Below, one piece after another: positions 1 to 8,026 of a stretch of DNA of 64,000 nucleotides. This DNA is from Candidatus Omnitrophota bacterium. Its GTDB lineage: Bacteria; Omnitrophota; Gorgyraeia; Zapsychrales; Fredricksoniimonadaceae. The stretch is from assembly GCA_037131245.1 (NCBI GenBank), contig JBAXRK010000009.1:12388-76387 (forward strand), written 5' to 3'. The position numbers were made by a program, and so were the translations under genes. Within the stretch, counting starts at the first letter, position 1. The number at the start of each line of letters is the position of its first letter. Under the pieces are notes generated by a model. It had not been told where the DNA came from. It did no database searches and worked only from the letters and a program-made list of their open reading frames with translations.

Positions 1-1
1 G

Positions 2-3000
2 CGGCTTATCAAGTATTTCCTGGCCGCGCTCGCGACACCCGATCAGGACCAGTGGGTGAACTTGTCTCCTTTTGAAAAAGACCGTATTTTGCCCGATAAC
101 TTCGGTTTGACTGTTATGGGCCGCGACCTTCTGGCGCAGGACTATCTTTTGAAACAGTTGGCATCATCGCTGACCAATCCCGATACTGAGCTGGGAAAGA
201 AGTTTTGGGAGCAGGTGTATAAGGCGGCTTACGAGAAGTTCGGCACGACAGATATCCCGACGGATACGCTTAGCAAAGTGTGGATCATTCCCGACAAAGC
301 GGTTGTTTATGAGCAGGGCAATGCAATGTATGTGACGGAAAGCCGCCTGAAGGTTATGACCGACAGCGATTATTCCGCGATGAAGCAGACGAATCTTGGT
401 GAAGATGCCGCGAAAGATCTGGATATTAAAGCGCAGATCTCCAATCAGGTGATGCGCGAGGTGATCATTCCCGCGATCGAGAAAGAAGTCAATGAGGGCA
501 AGAGCTTTGCCCCCGTGCGTCAGGTATATAGTGGAATGCTCCTTGCGACCTGGTACAAAATGGCGCTCAAGGAATCGATCCTTAATAAAGTGTACGGCGA
601 CCGTTCCAAGGTGAAGGGCGTCGACCAGGATCCCAAGACCAATCAGGCGATCTATGAGCAGTATCTGTCCGCCTTTAAAAAAGGCGTGGTGAACATGATC
701 CGCGAGGACGTTGACCAGTTCAGCCAGGAGGTCATCCCGCGGAAGTATTTCTCGGGTGGGTTAAGAGGATTTGATAAAGCTGAAATTACAAGGACTTCTA
801 ATAAAACTGCGTTGAAGGCGTTGTTAGCAACGGGTGCGGTAGCTTTGCTTGTTATGGTGCGCGCTCTTATGTCGAATACAGCGGACAACGTGTATGCGAC
901 AATAGACGAGAACGGAAATAAAGTTCTTATCACGGAGGCCAGTGAGGTAAAGGATGGGCGAAATTACCTTGCGACGATCGATGAGAATGGAAATAAGGTA
1001 TTGATTAAGGATGTTGATGCGTTAAAAAGTGGGAAAGAATACTTTGCCACTATTGATGAAAACGGAAATAAGGTTCTTATTCCGGCTGATAGCGTTCTTG
1101 TGGGAACTAATAAAGTGGATCATTCGCAGAAGATCGAGTCATTAAAGAAGAGAGGGCTGGTTGCCAAAGAGGCTTTATCGCGGTGGGTATCAGGAGATAA
1201 GTCCGGTTCTGCCCGGTTGTGGCGGTTATTTTCGGCCTGGCAGGATGGGTTCTTTGCTCCGGATAACATGTATGGGAACTTGATCTTAGCGGGAGGCCGG
1301 TTCTCTGAAAGCTCACCCTATCTTCGTTTGCCTTCAGGTATCAGTACTGTTGCGGCCGTTGCGGGGGACACCAGGGAGGAGTTTGATTGGTTAGTGCGGA
1401 ATAATTTTCTTCCCGTTGGCTTGATGGCAAACCCGACACATGTGGTTATTTATAATCCCGGTGAAGACAGTGGGGCGTATTACATCGCTGACCCATGGGG
1501 TACGGTGCGTGTTGGAGCGTCAGATTTTAAAGATATTGGTAAAGTTTACAAAGCTCTTTATGGGCAGGAAGAAAAAGTCATTTACACAACTCAGTTGATG
1601 AGGACTGTATTTATGGAGTCTTTTGTTAGTGTGCCCGGGGTGGATAAGAGAGTCTTGCCGCCGGTTAACGACCGGCTGGTGGACCCTGGCACGACAGAAG
1701 CGAGGGTAACCCAGATGGCGGAGGTTATGAGGAGTGCTCTGTTGAACGTCAAAGAGCGCGGGGACAAGGCTAACGTGAAAATGGCAGGGCTTATTCTTGG
1801 GCATTTGGTTTCCGATATTCTTGGAGGCCGGTTTGAGGACAGGCTGCTTTGGGGAAATTGGGGGTCGAGTGACCTGAAATATCTTACGGCATTAGTTGAA
1901 CGGATGGTTACCGATCTTGAACAGGTCGACCAGTACCGGGATCAGTTGAAGTCGTTCTTGAAGGAGGATTCCAGGGATGTGGCGAAGGCTCTTTGGGATG
2001 TGATCGAGTTGGCAAATGCGTACAAGCCGTCGGGATGGAAAAGTTTTTCTCCGGGCGCCTTGCGGGCATTGTTGACGAACTTTACATCGGGTACGGGGGC
2101 AGACAGGCCTGAAGTTTGGAAGGTGACCGTTGGATGGGATTACGCTCAAAACCCTGACGCGGCGGAGACCCAGCAGCCTGATTCAAAAACAACAATATTG
2201 AAGAAAACCTTGGGCATTTGGGGCAGGGGTATTCAGAAAAAATTCAGCGCGCTGGTCTTCGGCCCTGAGAAAAAGACCATCGAGCCGTCGGTAGGCCCTT
2301 ATGGCAAAGGCCCCGTTTGGCCGGGAAGGGTTTCAGAGGATGATATTCAGCCGCTTGTGCTTGCGGGGTCACTTGGTAATGACACAGCGGCTCTTCGTCG
2401 GGCTATGCAGGACTTGGTTGATGAGGGGAAGGATAAGGATCGGGATTTCAGACAGAGATTATTGGAAGACTCCCGGCAGATCTTACAAAGTAAGTGGGCC
2501 GGGAGTGGTTTGACTGTTTCTGAAAATGATCTTAAGTCGCTCGGTGGGTATATAACTACTTCGGAAAAAGAACGGGTGCTTAAGGCTATGCAAGATCTAG
2601 TTAATGCCGGAAGCGGTAAGGAGCAGGAGTTCAAAATTTACCTTCAAACGGAAACGGAGAGGATCCTGCAGATGAAATGGTGGTCGAGGGCCTACTTTAA
2701 TGCCGAGTTCAAGTTTTCGTCAAATGCTGTCATTAAATCGATGATCGGCAGCCTGCTGGGTTCAGCCAGATTCGTTCCTACCTCCAATAAGGGGGCGGGG
2801 GCACAGATCAAGAAAGATTCAATCTTCGCCGGCTGGGGGGTTGACGAAAAAGGGAATGTTGTTCCTTTGTTGAAGACCATGGCGACGCTACCTGAGCGGG
2901 GAGAGCTTAACCTGGAAGGGATGCTTTTTGCTCCGCAGGAGTCGGGGCTTAAGATCCGCAGCACGGTTAAACCGGCAGATGTCGGCGGTATCGACTTCGC

Positions 3001-3157
3001 CCGATCGAGTCTGAACATGCAGATCAAGCGTGACGGGAGCGGTGTGCCGCTTCCGATCAGTCAGCAGAACCTGGATAATATCAAGATCGATGGTCTGGTG
3101 CCGGTGATCCTCAATATTCAGCCGGCCGCGAGCCTGCCGATCTTTAGCGCCAGTTAA
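2..3157 (+). CDS. Large uncharacterised envelope/secreted repeat protein, 5'-truncated by window edge (about 1051 aa visible)
   Basis: The frame is open from nt 2 through the listed GTG at 56 (RLIKYFLAALATPDQDQW-VNLSPFEKD), so the true N-terminus lies upstream of the window. It has one hydrophobic helix (ALKALLATGAVALLVMVRALM, about nt 806-874), a 3x25-aa tandem repeat, a 2x~61-aa repeat and a C-terminal GGIDF...PVILNIQP motif. I recognised no catalytic motif. Confidence 0.8.
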   Translation, partial: RLIKYFLAALATPDQDQWVNLSPFEKDRILPDNFGLTVMGRDLLAQDYLLKQLASSLTNPDTELGKKFWEQVYKAAYEKFGTTDIPTDTLSKVWIIPDKAVVYEQGNAMYVTESRLKVMTDSDYSAMKQTNLGEDAAKDLDIKAQISNQVMREVIIPAIEKEVNEGKSFAPVRQVYSGMLLATWYKMALKESILNKVYGDRSKVKGVDQDPKTNQAIYEQYLSAFKKGVVNMIREDVDQFSQEVIPRKYFSGGLRGFDKAEITRTSNKTALKALLATGAVALLVMVRALMSNTADNVYATIDENGNKVLITEASEVKDGRNYLATIDENGNKVLIKDVDALKSGKEYFATIDENGNKVLIPADSVLVGTNKVDHSQKIESLKKRGLVAKEALSRWVSGDKSGSARLWRLFSAWQDGFFAPDNMYGNLILAGGRFSESSPYLRLPSGISTVAAVAGDTREEFDWLVRNNFLPVGLMANPTHVVIYNPGEDSGAYYIADPWGTVRVGASDFKDIGKVYKALYGQEEKVIYTTQLMRTVFMESFVSVPGVDKRVLPPVNDRLVDPGTTEARVTQMAEVMRSALLNVKERGDKANVKMAGLILGHLVSDILGGRFEDRLLWGNWGSSDLKYLTALVERMVTDLEQVDQYRDQLKSFLKEDSRDVAKALWDVIELANAYKPSGWKSFSPGALRALLTNFTSGTGADRPEVWKVTVGWDYAQNPDAAETQQPDSKTTILKKTLGIWGRGIQKKFSALVFGPEKKTIEPSVGPYGKGPVWPGRVSEDDIQPLVLAGSLGNDTAALRRAMQDLVDEGKDKDRDFRQRLLEDSRQILQSKWAGSGLTVSENDLKSLGGYITTSEKERVLKAMQDLVNAGSGKEQEFKIYLQTETERILQMKWWSRAYFNAEFKFSSNAVIKSMIGSLLGSARFVPTSNKGAGAQIKKDSIFAGWGVDEKGNVVPLLKTMATLPERGELNLEGMLFAPQESGLKIRSTVKPADVGGIDFARSSLNMQIKRDGSGVPLPISQQNLDNIKIDGLVPVILNIQPAASLPIFSAS
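887..1111 (+). repeat. Three in-frame tandem 75-nt (25-aa) repeats inside the large protein
   Basis: The units are NVYATIDENGNKVLITEASEVKDGR, NYLATIDENGNKVLIKDVDALKSGK and EYFATIDENGNKVLIPADSVLVGTN. The core ATIDENGNKVLI is identical at protein level but uses different synonymous codons (gacgagaacgga / gatgagaatgga / gatgaaaacgga). Confidence 0.9.
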
Positions 3158-3178
3158 GAAGGAAGCCTGTTTCGATAT

Positions 3179-3215
3179 AAAGAGCGCCTGAAGTTCGGGC
3201 GCTCTTTCTTTTTTT
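3179..3215 (+). terminator. Rho-independent terminator after the large protein gene
   Basis: A 10-bp perfect stem (aaagagcgcc / ggcgctcttt) is followed by cttttttt. Confidence 0.75.
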
Positions 3216-3296
3216 GATAATTTTCTACACAATAAATTTCGTTTTTGCTAGACTAATCCGCGAATCAGATCGTTGACCATCCTATCGTGTCGTTGA

Positions 3297-3968
3297 ATGC
3301 TGAAGCATGTCGTTTTACTGTTATGTTTGGGAAGCTTATTCGGGTGTGCTGTTCTTTCAAAAAACGGTCACAGTCAGCGAGAGGGCTCTAGCCTCGGAAA
3401 GATGCCGGGTACAGCTCAGCCCACGCCGGTAAAAAGCTGGCGGGTGGTCGCGCAGCGTCCGCCGGTTTCCATGAAGCCGTATACGACGGGGCTCGTTTTC
3501 GGCAAGACCGATTTTCGTGGTTTGCTCAAGGCGGCTTACGCCCGGCTGACCATCATTGACAGTGCCGACCCGTCCAAGGTTTATTATTTTTACGTGGGCA
3601 GCCGGGAAAACCAGAACGTCCTGCCGTGGGGCAAGGGCGAGGTGATCGAGCCGGGATATTTCTTCCTTCAGTTGCCGCCGGGTAAATACGCGGTAACTGC
3701 TGTGGCGATCCCGGTCGGTTCGACGATCGCTGAAGAATCGCTGGCGCTTGATATGCCGGTATCGCTCGATCGGGCGTATTATTTGGGGACGCTGCGGATC
3801 GACGGCATTAAGGAGCGCGCGAAGTTCGGCGGGGTGCCGCTGGTCAGGCCCGGGTTTGAGTTCACTTTGGCTGTCGACGATGAATTCGAAGCGGCCCGCA
3901 AGGGTTTTGAACAATTATCGCCCCGGCATGATCTGTCGGTAAGTAAAAATCTTTTTAAAACAAAATAG
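3297..3968 (+). CDS. Hypothetical lipoprotein
   Basis: It has a hydrophobic N-terminus with lipobox LGSLFGC. I recognised no domain. Confidence 0.7.
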   Translation: MLKHVVLLLCLGSLFGCAVLSKNGHSQREGSSLGKMPGTAQPTPVKSWRVVAQRPPVSMKPYTTGLVFGKTDFRGLLKAAYARLTIIDSADPSKVYYFYVGSRENQNVLPWGKGEVIEPGYFFLQLPPGKYAVTAVAIPVGSTIAEESLALDMPVSLDRAYYLGTLRIDGIKERAKFGGVPLVRPGFEFTLAVDDEFEAARKGFEQLSPRHDLSVSKNLFKTK

Positions 3969-3993
3969 GTCCATTAACTTAAGGGGGTATCAA

Positions 3994-4482
3994 GTGAACG
4001 CTCGTTTATTACTCGTACTTGTCGGTGCAGTGGCTTTGGCCGGTTGCGCGACGACCCAGGCCAAGGTAGCGCCGATCAATCAGGTTCAGAATCAGGTGGT
4101 CGATCTCGAGCAGCGTATGGAAGAGCAGGAAAAAGAGATCGTTGACCTGAAGTATGAGGTCAAGGAATTGTCAGGGAAAACTGAGGACAAGTCGCAAGCG
4201 ACGGTCGTGGAAACGTCTGATTCGACGCCGACCAAGTCCAAATCCAAGAATTCTTCCGTTTCGGCTAATGACATGGAAGGTTTGATCCGCGTTGCCGTGG
4301 CTCCGACCGAGATCCAGAAAGCCCTTAAGGGCGCCGGGCTTTACGAGGGGAAGATCGACGGCAAGATCGGTTCCAAGACCAAGGCGGCGGTCATCGAGTT
4401 TCAGCGTAAGCATAACCTGAAGGCGGACGGCGTTATTGGCCAGAAGACTTGGTCCGAGATGAAGCAGTTCTTGGCGGAATAA
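3994..4482 (+). CDS. Lipoprotein with coiled-coil segment and C-terminal peptidoglycan-binding domain
   Basis: A GTG start is preceded by the RBS aaggggg, and the lipobox is VALAGC. An acidic heptad-like stretch (VVDLEQRMEEQEKEIVDLKYEVKEL) is followed by an S/T/K-rich linker. The C-terminus is PG_binding_1-like (LYEGKIDGKIGSKTKAAVIEFQRKHNLKADGVIGQKTW). Confidence 0.8.
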   Translation: MNARLLLVLVGAVALAGCATTQAKVAPINQVQNQVVDLEQRMEEQEKEIVDLKYEVKELSGKTEDKSQATVVETSDSTPTKSKSKNSSVSANDMEGLIRVAVAPTEIQKALKGAGLYEGKIDGKIGSKTKAAVIEFQRKHNLKADGVIGQKTWSEMKQFLAE

Positions 4483-4507
4483 TCGACGCATCGAGGATAT
4501 CTTTTTT

Positions 4508-4540
4508 GAGCCCCCTCCGGCCATCGGCTTGAGGGGGTTC
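4508..4540 (+). other. Strong stem-loop without U-tract between the lipoprotein gene and the pfkB-family gene
   Basis: A 10-bp stem (gagccccctc / gagggggttc, one G-U) closes a 13-nt loop. The T-run lies upstream rather than downstream, so this is not a canonical terminator. Confidence 0.3.
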
Positions 4541-4548
4541 AATACTTT

Positions 4549-5409
4549 ATGCTGGTCATCACTTTAAACCCATCCATTGATAGAACCTTGTTCGTTAAGA
4601 GCCGGAGGCCCGGCGTTGAGACGCGTGTGCTTGAGTCTCGGGCTGCGCCAGGCGGGAAAGGCGTGAATGTGGCCAGGGCGCTCGCGGGTTTCGGCGTAAA
4701 GGCGCGGTCGCTGACGCTTAAAGACATTTTGCCACAGGTTCTTGTTCGGGTTAACACGACGGTCATTGACGGGCGCGGTTATTCGACACGTTTTCTTGAG
4801 CCGGGGCCGCGTTTGTCAGCCGGGGAGTGGAAAAAGGTTGAGCGTTATATTTTGGGGCGTCTTAAAGGCATTAAAGTTCTGGCCATTTGCGGCAGTTTAC
4901 CACCGGGTGCGCCTGAGGGTCTGTATGCCCGACTGATCGCGGCTGCCCGGCGAAAAGGTATTTTGACGGCCCTTGATGCCAGCGGCGTTCCGTTGTTGAA
5001 GGGCGTTAAGGCGGAGCCCTGGTGCGTGAAACCTAACCGAGACGAAGCCGAAGCGCTGTTGGGCATAAAGCTTAATTCTACCCGGGCCGTGAGGAAGGTT
5101 TTGCAAATGCTTTCGGAATATGGTATGACAAGAGTCCTGTTATCGCTCGATAAGGACGGTTTGGCGGGTTTTGACGGGAAAGAGATGTTCCTGGCACGGG
5201 GTCCGGTTCGTTCTGGCCTGACGGTAGGTTGCGGTGACGCCTCGCTGGCTGGTTTTTTGGCCGGGCATGCCAAAGGATTTTCATTTGAGGATTGTTTAAA
5301 ACAAGCCGCGGCGGCCGGGGCGGCGAATGTCGGCGTTACAACGGCCGGCGTTTTCACCCGGGCAGCGGTGGATACGGCACGGAAAAAGATAAAGATGGAG
5401 AGGTTGTGA
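4549..5409 (+). CDS. PfkB-family sugar kinase (1-phosphofructokinase / tagatose-6-phosphate kinase-like)
   Basis: It carries LNPSIDRT, GGKGVNVARAL, and C-terminal GCGDASLAGF (PfkB signature-like). It appears about 25 aa shorter than typical FruK between the first motifs, with the frame intact. Confidence 0.75.
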   Translation: MLVITLNPSIDRTLFVKSRRPGVETRVLESRAAPGGKGVNVARALAGFGVKARSLTLKDILPQVLVRVNTTVIDGRGYSTRFLEPGPRLSAGEWKKVERYILGRLKGIKVLAICGSLPPGAPEGLYARLIAAARRKGILTALDASGVPLLKGVKAEPWCVKPNRDEAEALLGIKLNSTRAVRKVLQMLSEYGMTRVLLSLDKDGLAGFDGKEMFLARGPVRSGLTVGCGDASLAGFLAGHAKGFSFEDCLKQAAAAGAANVGVTTAGVFTRAAVDTARKKIKMERL

Positions 5410-5410
5410 C

Positions 5411-6064
5411 ATGTCAGTGATCGATCAGGAAGAACGCATCAGCAAACTTAAGAAGATGGATAATCCCACGAGCAAAGAGTTGCGTTTGCGCGCCGCCGAG
5501 GGGACAAAGAACTTTAAGGCTTCGTGGGTCACATTGGCCCAGGTGCTTCATTCGATCTGGCAGGGAAAACTTTACGAGTACTGGGGCTATGAGAAATTCG
5601 ATCAGTACGCCGAGCGTGAACTGGGCATCAAGAAAGCGATGGCGCTCAAGCTGGTAAAGACCTATCAGTTCGTGGAACAGCAGGAGCCCGCTTATTTAAA
5701 GAGCGAGTATATGGAGGCGCATGAGCCTTCAGCCTTGCCGGAGCTTGATGCGATCAATGTGCTGCGCCTGGCGAAGAATCGCAAGGAGCTGACCAAAGGC
5801 GACCTCACGGAACTGCGTAAGCAGGTTTTCGATAAAGGTTGTAATGCCGCCGTTGTGCGGAAGGACTTGACGTCGATGATCAAGGAACGCAAACAGCTTG
5901 ATCCCGACGAGGAGCGCGAATTGCGCCATAACGCCGCGTTGCGCCGGTTCATTAACGCGATCCGCTCGTTCAAGAAGGACGCGGAGACACTGAAGCTCGT
6001 GAAGGCTGATGTACTCAAGAAAGCCGATGAACTTTTTCGGGACCTGGAGTCCCAGTTGGAATAA
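5411..6064 (+). CDS. Hypothetical protein (possible HTH-containing, charged helical C-terminus)
   Basis: The ATG lies 1 nt after the pfkB stop. The segment WVTLAQVLHSIWQGKLYEYWGYEKFDQYAERELGIKKAMALKLV looks like a ParB/phage-type HTH, but that is only a visual impression. Confidence 0.6.
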   Translation: MSVIDQEERISKLKKMDNPTSKELRLRAAEGTKNFKASWVTLAQVLHSIWQGKLYEYWGYEKFDQYAERELGIKKAMALKLVKTYQFVEQQEPAYLKSEYMEAHEPSALPELDAINVLRLAKNRKELTKGDLTELRKQVFDKGCNAAVVRKDLTSMIKERKQLDPDEERELRHNAALRRFINAIRSFKKDAETLKLVKADVLKKADELFRDLESQLE

Positions 6065-6078
6065 AAAGAAAGGTTTGC

Positions 6079-6873
6079 ATGCAAGTTGCCAAGCCGTTGA
6101 TCATCCTTGACCTGGAGACGACAGGTATCTGGATCGAGAAAGACCGCATTATTGAGATCGCGATGATCAAGGTTTTGCCGACGGGTCAGAAAGAGACCTA
6201 CCACAAGCGCGTTAATCCCCTGATGCCTATCCCTAAGGTGGTGCAGGAACTTACCGGCATCACGGATGAGATGGTGAAAGAGGCGCCGGTCTTTAAAACG
6301 ATCGCCAAAGAAGTGGCGGCCTTCATCGGTCACGCGGATATCGGCGGGTTCAATGTGGACAAATTCGATGTGCCGCTGCTCGAGCGGGAGTTCATTGACG
6401 CGGGGGTGACGTTCACCATGACGGAACGGGTGGTCTATGACGCGCAGAAAGTATTTCATCTTAACAATAAAAGGGATCTGACGGCGGCGTACGCGTTCTA
6501 TTGCGGCAAACCGCTGGAAGGCGCGCATTCCGCGCTGGCGGATACCGCGGCCACCCTTGAGGTGCTCGAGGCCCAGGTCAAGGCCTATGGCGAGGGGAAG
6601 AATAGCGTCGACGTTTTGGCGCAGTTCGTTTACCCGGAACGCAGTGATTTTTATGATAGCGAACGCAAGTTCCGCTGGTGGAATGGCGAGCTTTATATGA
6701 TGTTCGGTAAATACGCGCGCAAGGAGAGTTTGCGCGAGATCGCCCGCAAGGATCCGGGATATCTGGAGTGGATGCTGGGGAAGGATTTTAACGAGCAGGC
6801 CAAAGCCCTGGTTGAGGGTGCCTTAAAGGGGCAGTTCCCGAAATATGAGCCGGCTCATGTTGAAAAGCCTTGA
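6079..6873 (+). CDS. 3'-5' exonuclease, DnaQ/DEDDh family, with short C-terminal extension
   Basis: The three Exo motifs are ILDLETTG (ExoI), GGFNVDKFDVPLL (ExoII) and HSALADTAAT (ExoIII, H-x4-D). The C-terminal tail WWNGELYMMFGKYARKESLREIARKDPGYLEWML resembles the DUF3820-type domain. Confidence 0.85.
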   Translation: MQVAKPLIILDLETTGIWIEKDRIIEIAMIKVLPTGQKETYHKRVNPLMPIPKVVQELTGITDEMVKEAPVFKTIAKEVAAFIGHADIGGFNVDKFDVPLLEREFIDAGVTFTMTERVVYDAQKVFHLNNKRDLTAAYAFYCGKPLEGAHSALADTAATLEVLEAQVKAYGEGKNSVDVLAQFVYPERSDFYDSERKFRWWNGELYMMFGKYARKESLREIARKDPGYLEWMLGKDFNEQAKALVEGALKGQFPKYEPAHVEKP

Positions 6874-6898
6874 GCGTTGGTATTTAAAGCGTTATAAT
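6870..6898 (+). promoter_or_regulatory. Sigma70-type promoter upstream of the SPOR gene
   Basis: TTGAGC (6870-6875), a 17-nt spacer, then consensus TATAAT (6893-6898). Confidence 0.55.
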
Positions 6899-6945
6899 CT
6901 TTTTTAAGGGAAAGTTAACGGTTCAAATTAATGTGGAGGCCATTT

Positions 6946-7425
6946 ATGGCTGAGGGTAAAGGGAGCGAGATCTGGCTTATCGTTTTGCTGGTGGTGGTGG
7001 CGGCAGTTTTTGGCGTCATGACCTTCACGAAAGACCGTTCGCATTCGGCCAAGCCGGCGGCGCAGGATGTGCTGGCTGATAAGGCTCAACCCGTCAGTAT
7101 CAAGCCCCAGCATACTGAAGCCGATCAGGCGGCCGTGTCCGCCATGAAACCGGCGTCTTCCGTCGTGGCAGCTCCTCATATGATGGCTCCCAAAGCGTCC
7201 TTCGCCATCCAGGTTTATTCTTTTAAGGACAAAGCGCGCGCTGATGCCGCGCTGGAAAAGCTGAAAGCCAAAGGCAATAAAGCGTACGTCATGGTCAGCG
7301 ACCTCGGCGCCCGCGGCGTCTGGTACCGTGTTCGTGTCGGTTCTTTTACGTCGGAAGACGAAGCCCGCGCGGCGCTGGAAACGATAACAGTTGATTTTAA
7401 AAGTGGCATTATTGTAACGGAGTGA
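6946..7425 (+). CDS. SPOR domain-containing membrane protein
   Basis: I prefer the internal ATG at 6946 because GGAGG (6935-6939) sits 6 nt upstream; the ORF track starts at 6931. It has a TM helix (IWLIVLLVVVAAVFGVM) and a C-terminal SPOR repeat (FAIQVYSFKDKARADAALEKLKAKGNKAYV...WYRVRVGSFTSEDEARAAL). Confidence 0.85.
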   Translation: MAEGKGSEIWLIVLLVVVAAVFGVMTFTKDRSHSAKPAAQDVLADKAQPVSIKPQHTEADQAAVSAMKPASSVVAAPHMMAPKASFAIQVYSFKDKARADAALEKLKAKGNKAYVMVSDLGARGVWYRVRVGSFTSEDEARAALETITVDFKSGIIVTE

Positions 7426-7429
7426 TCTT

Positions 7430-8026
7430 ATGAAAAAAGTTTATATAGCCGCCGTGATCGTAGCGGGTATGGCGTTGTCAGGCTGCGCGACGGAAGTGAT
7501 CCGTAAGGAGCCCAAAGAAGTGGTGGACCTTTCCGGCCGCTGGAATGATACCGACGCGCGGATGACGGCGGAAGAGATGGTCAAGAGCTGCCTGGAAACG
7601 GCCTGGTTACCGACATTTAATAAGGAAAAAGGCCGTGATCCGGTGGTGATCGTCGGAACGGTCAGCAATCGCAGTAATGAACATATTGACGCGATGGTTT
7701 TTGTCCAGGATCTCGAGCAGGCGCTGGTCAATGCCGGAAAAGTAAAATTTGTCGCCGCGTCTCCCGAGCGTGGGGAAGTACGCGCCGAGCGCGCCGACCA
7801 GCAGCAGAATGCCGCGGTTGAAACGCGGGCGGCCATGATCCAGGAAAAAGGCGCCGATTTTATGCTGCAGGGCACCATCAATTCTGTTAAAGACGAAATT
7901 AAGGGCGAGTACGCTATCCTTTTCCAGGTTAACCTGGAACTGGTCAATATGACCACGAACGAAAAAGTATGGATCGGCCAGAAAAAGATCAAGAAGCTGG
8001 TCAAGCGTCCGCAGTATTCCCTTTGA
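7430..8026 (+). CDS. LpoB/COG3417-like lipoprotein (penicillin-binding-protein activator family)
   Basis: The lipobox is MALSGC. The pattern VVIVGTVSNRSNEHIDAMVFVQDLEQALVNAGKVKFV ... ADFMLQGTI ... YAILFQVNLELVNMTTNEKVWIG matches the LpoB C-terminal domain as I recall it. Confidence 0.7.
   Translation: MKKVYIAAVIVAGMALSGCATEVIRKEPKEVVDLSGRWNDTDARMTAEEMVKSCLETAWLPTFNKEKGRDPVVIVGTVSNRSNEHIDAMVFVQDLEQALVNAGKVKFVAASPERGEVRAERADQQQNAAVETRAAMIQEKGADFMLQGTINSVKDEIKGEYAILFQVNLELVNMTTNEKVWIGQKKIKKLVKRPQYSL

Noticed and set aside
887-1111. Tandem DNA repeats as a possible CRISPR or VNTR
   Set aside because: The repeats are in frame within a long ORF and are conserved at protein level rather than DNA level. 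There is no spacer/repeat architecture. I saw no CRISPR-like array anywhere in the window.
4549-5409. pfkB-family gene as a pseudogene because of its short length
   Set aside because: The reading frame is intact from start to stop and both kinase signature regions are present. It is more likely a compact variant.
5692-6528. 278-aa minus-strand ORF, plus 10953-11681 and 12937-13692
   Set aside because: They overlap plus-strand genes with clear motifs (DEDDh exonuclease, DsbA CxxC, Memo/AMMECR1), so I treat them as shadow ORFs.
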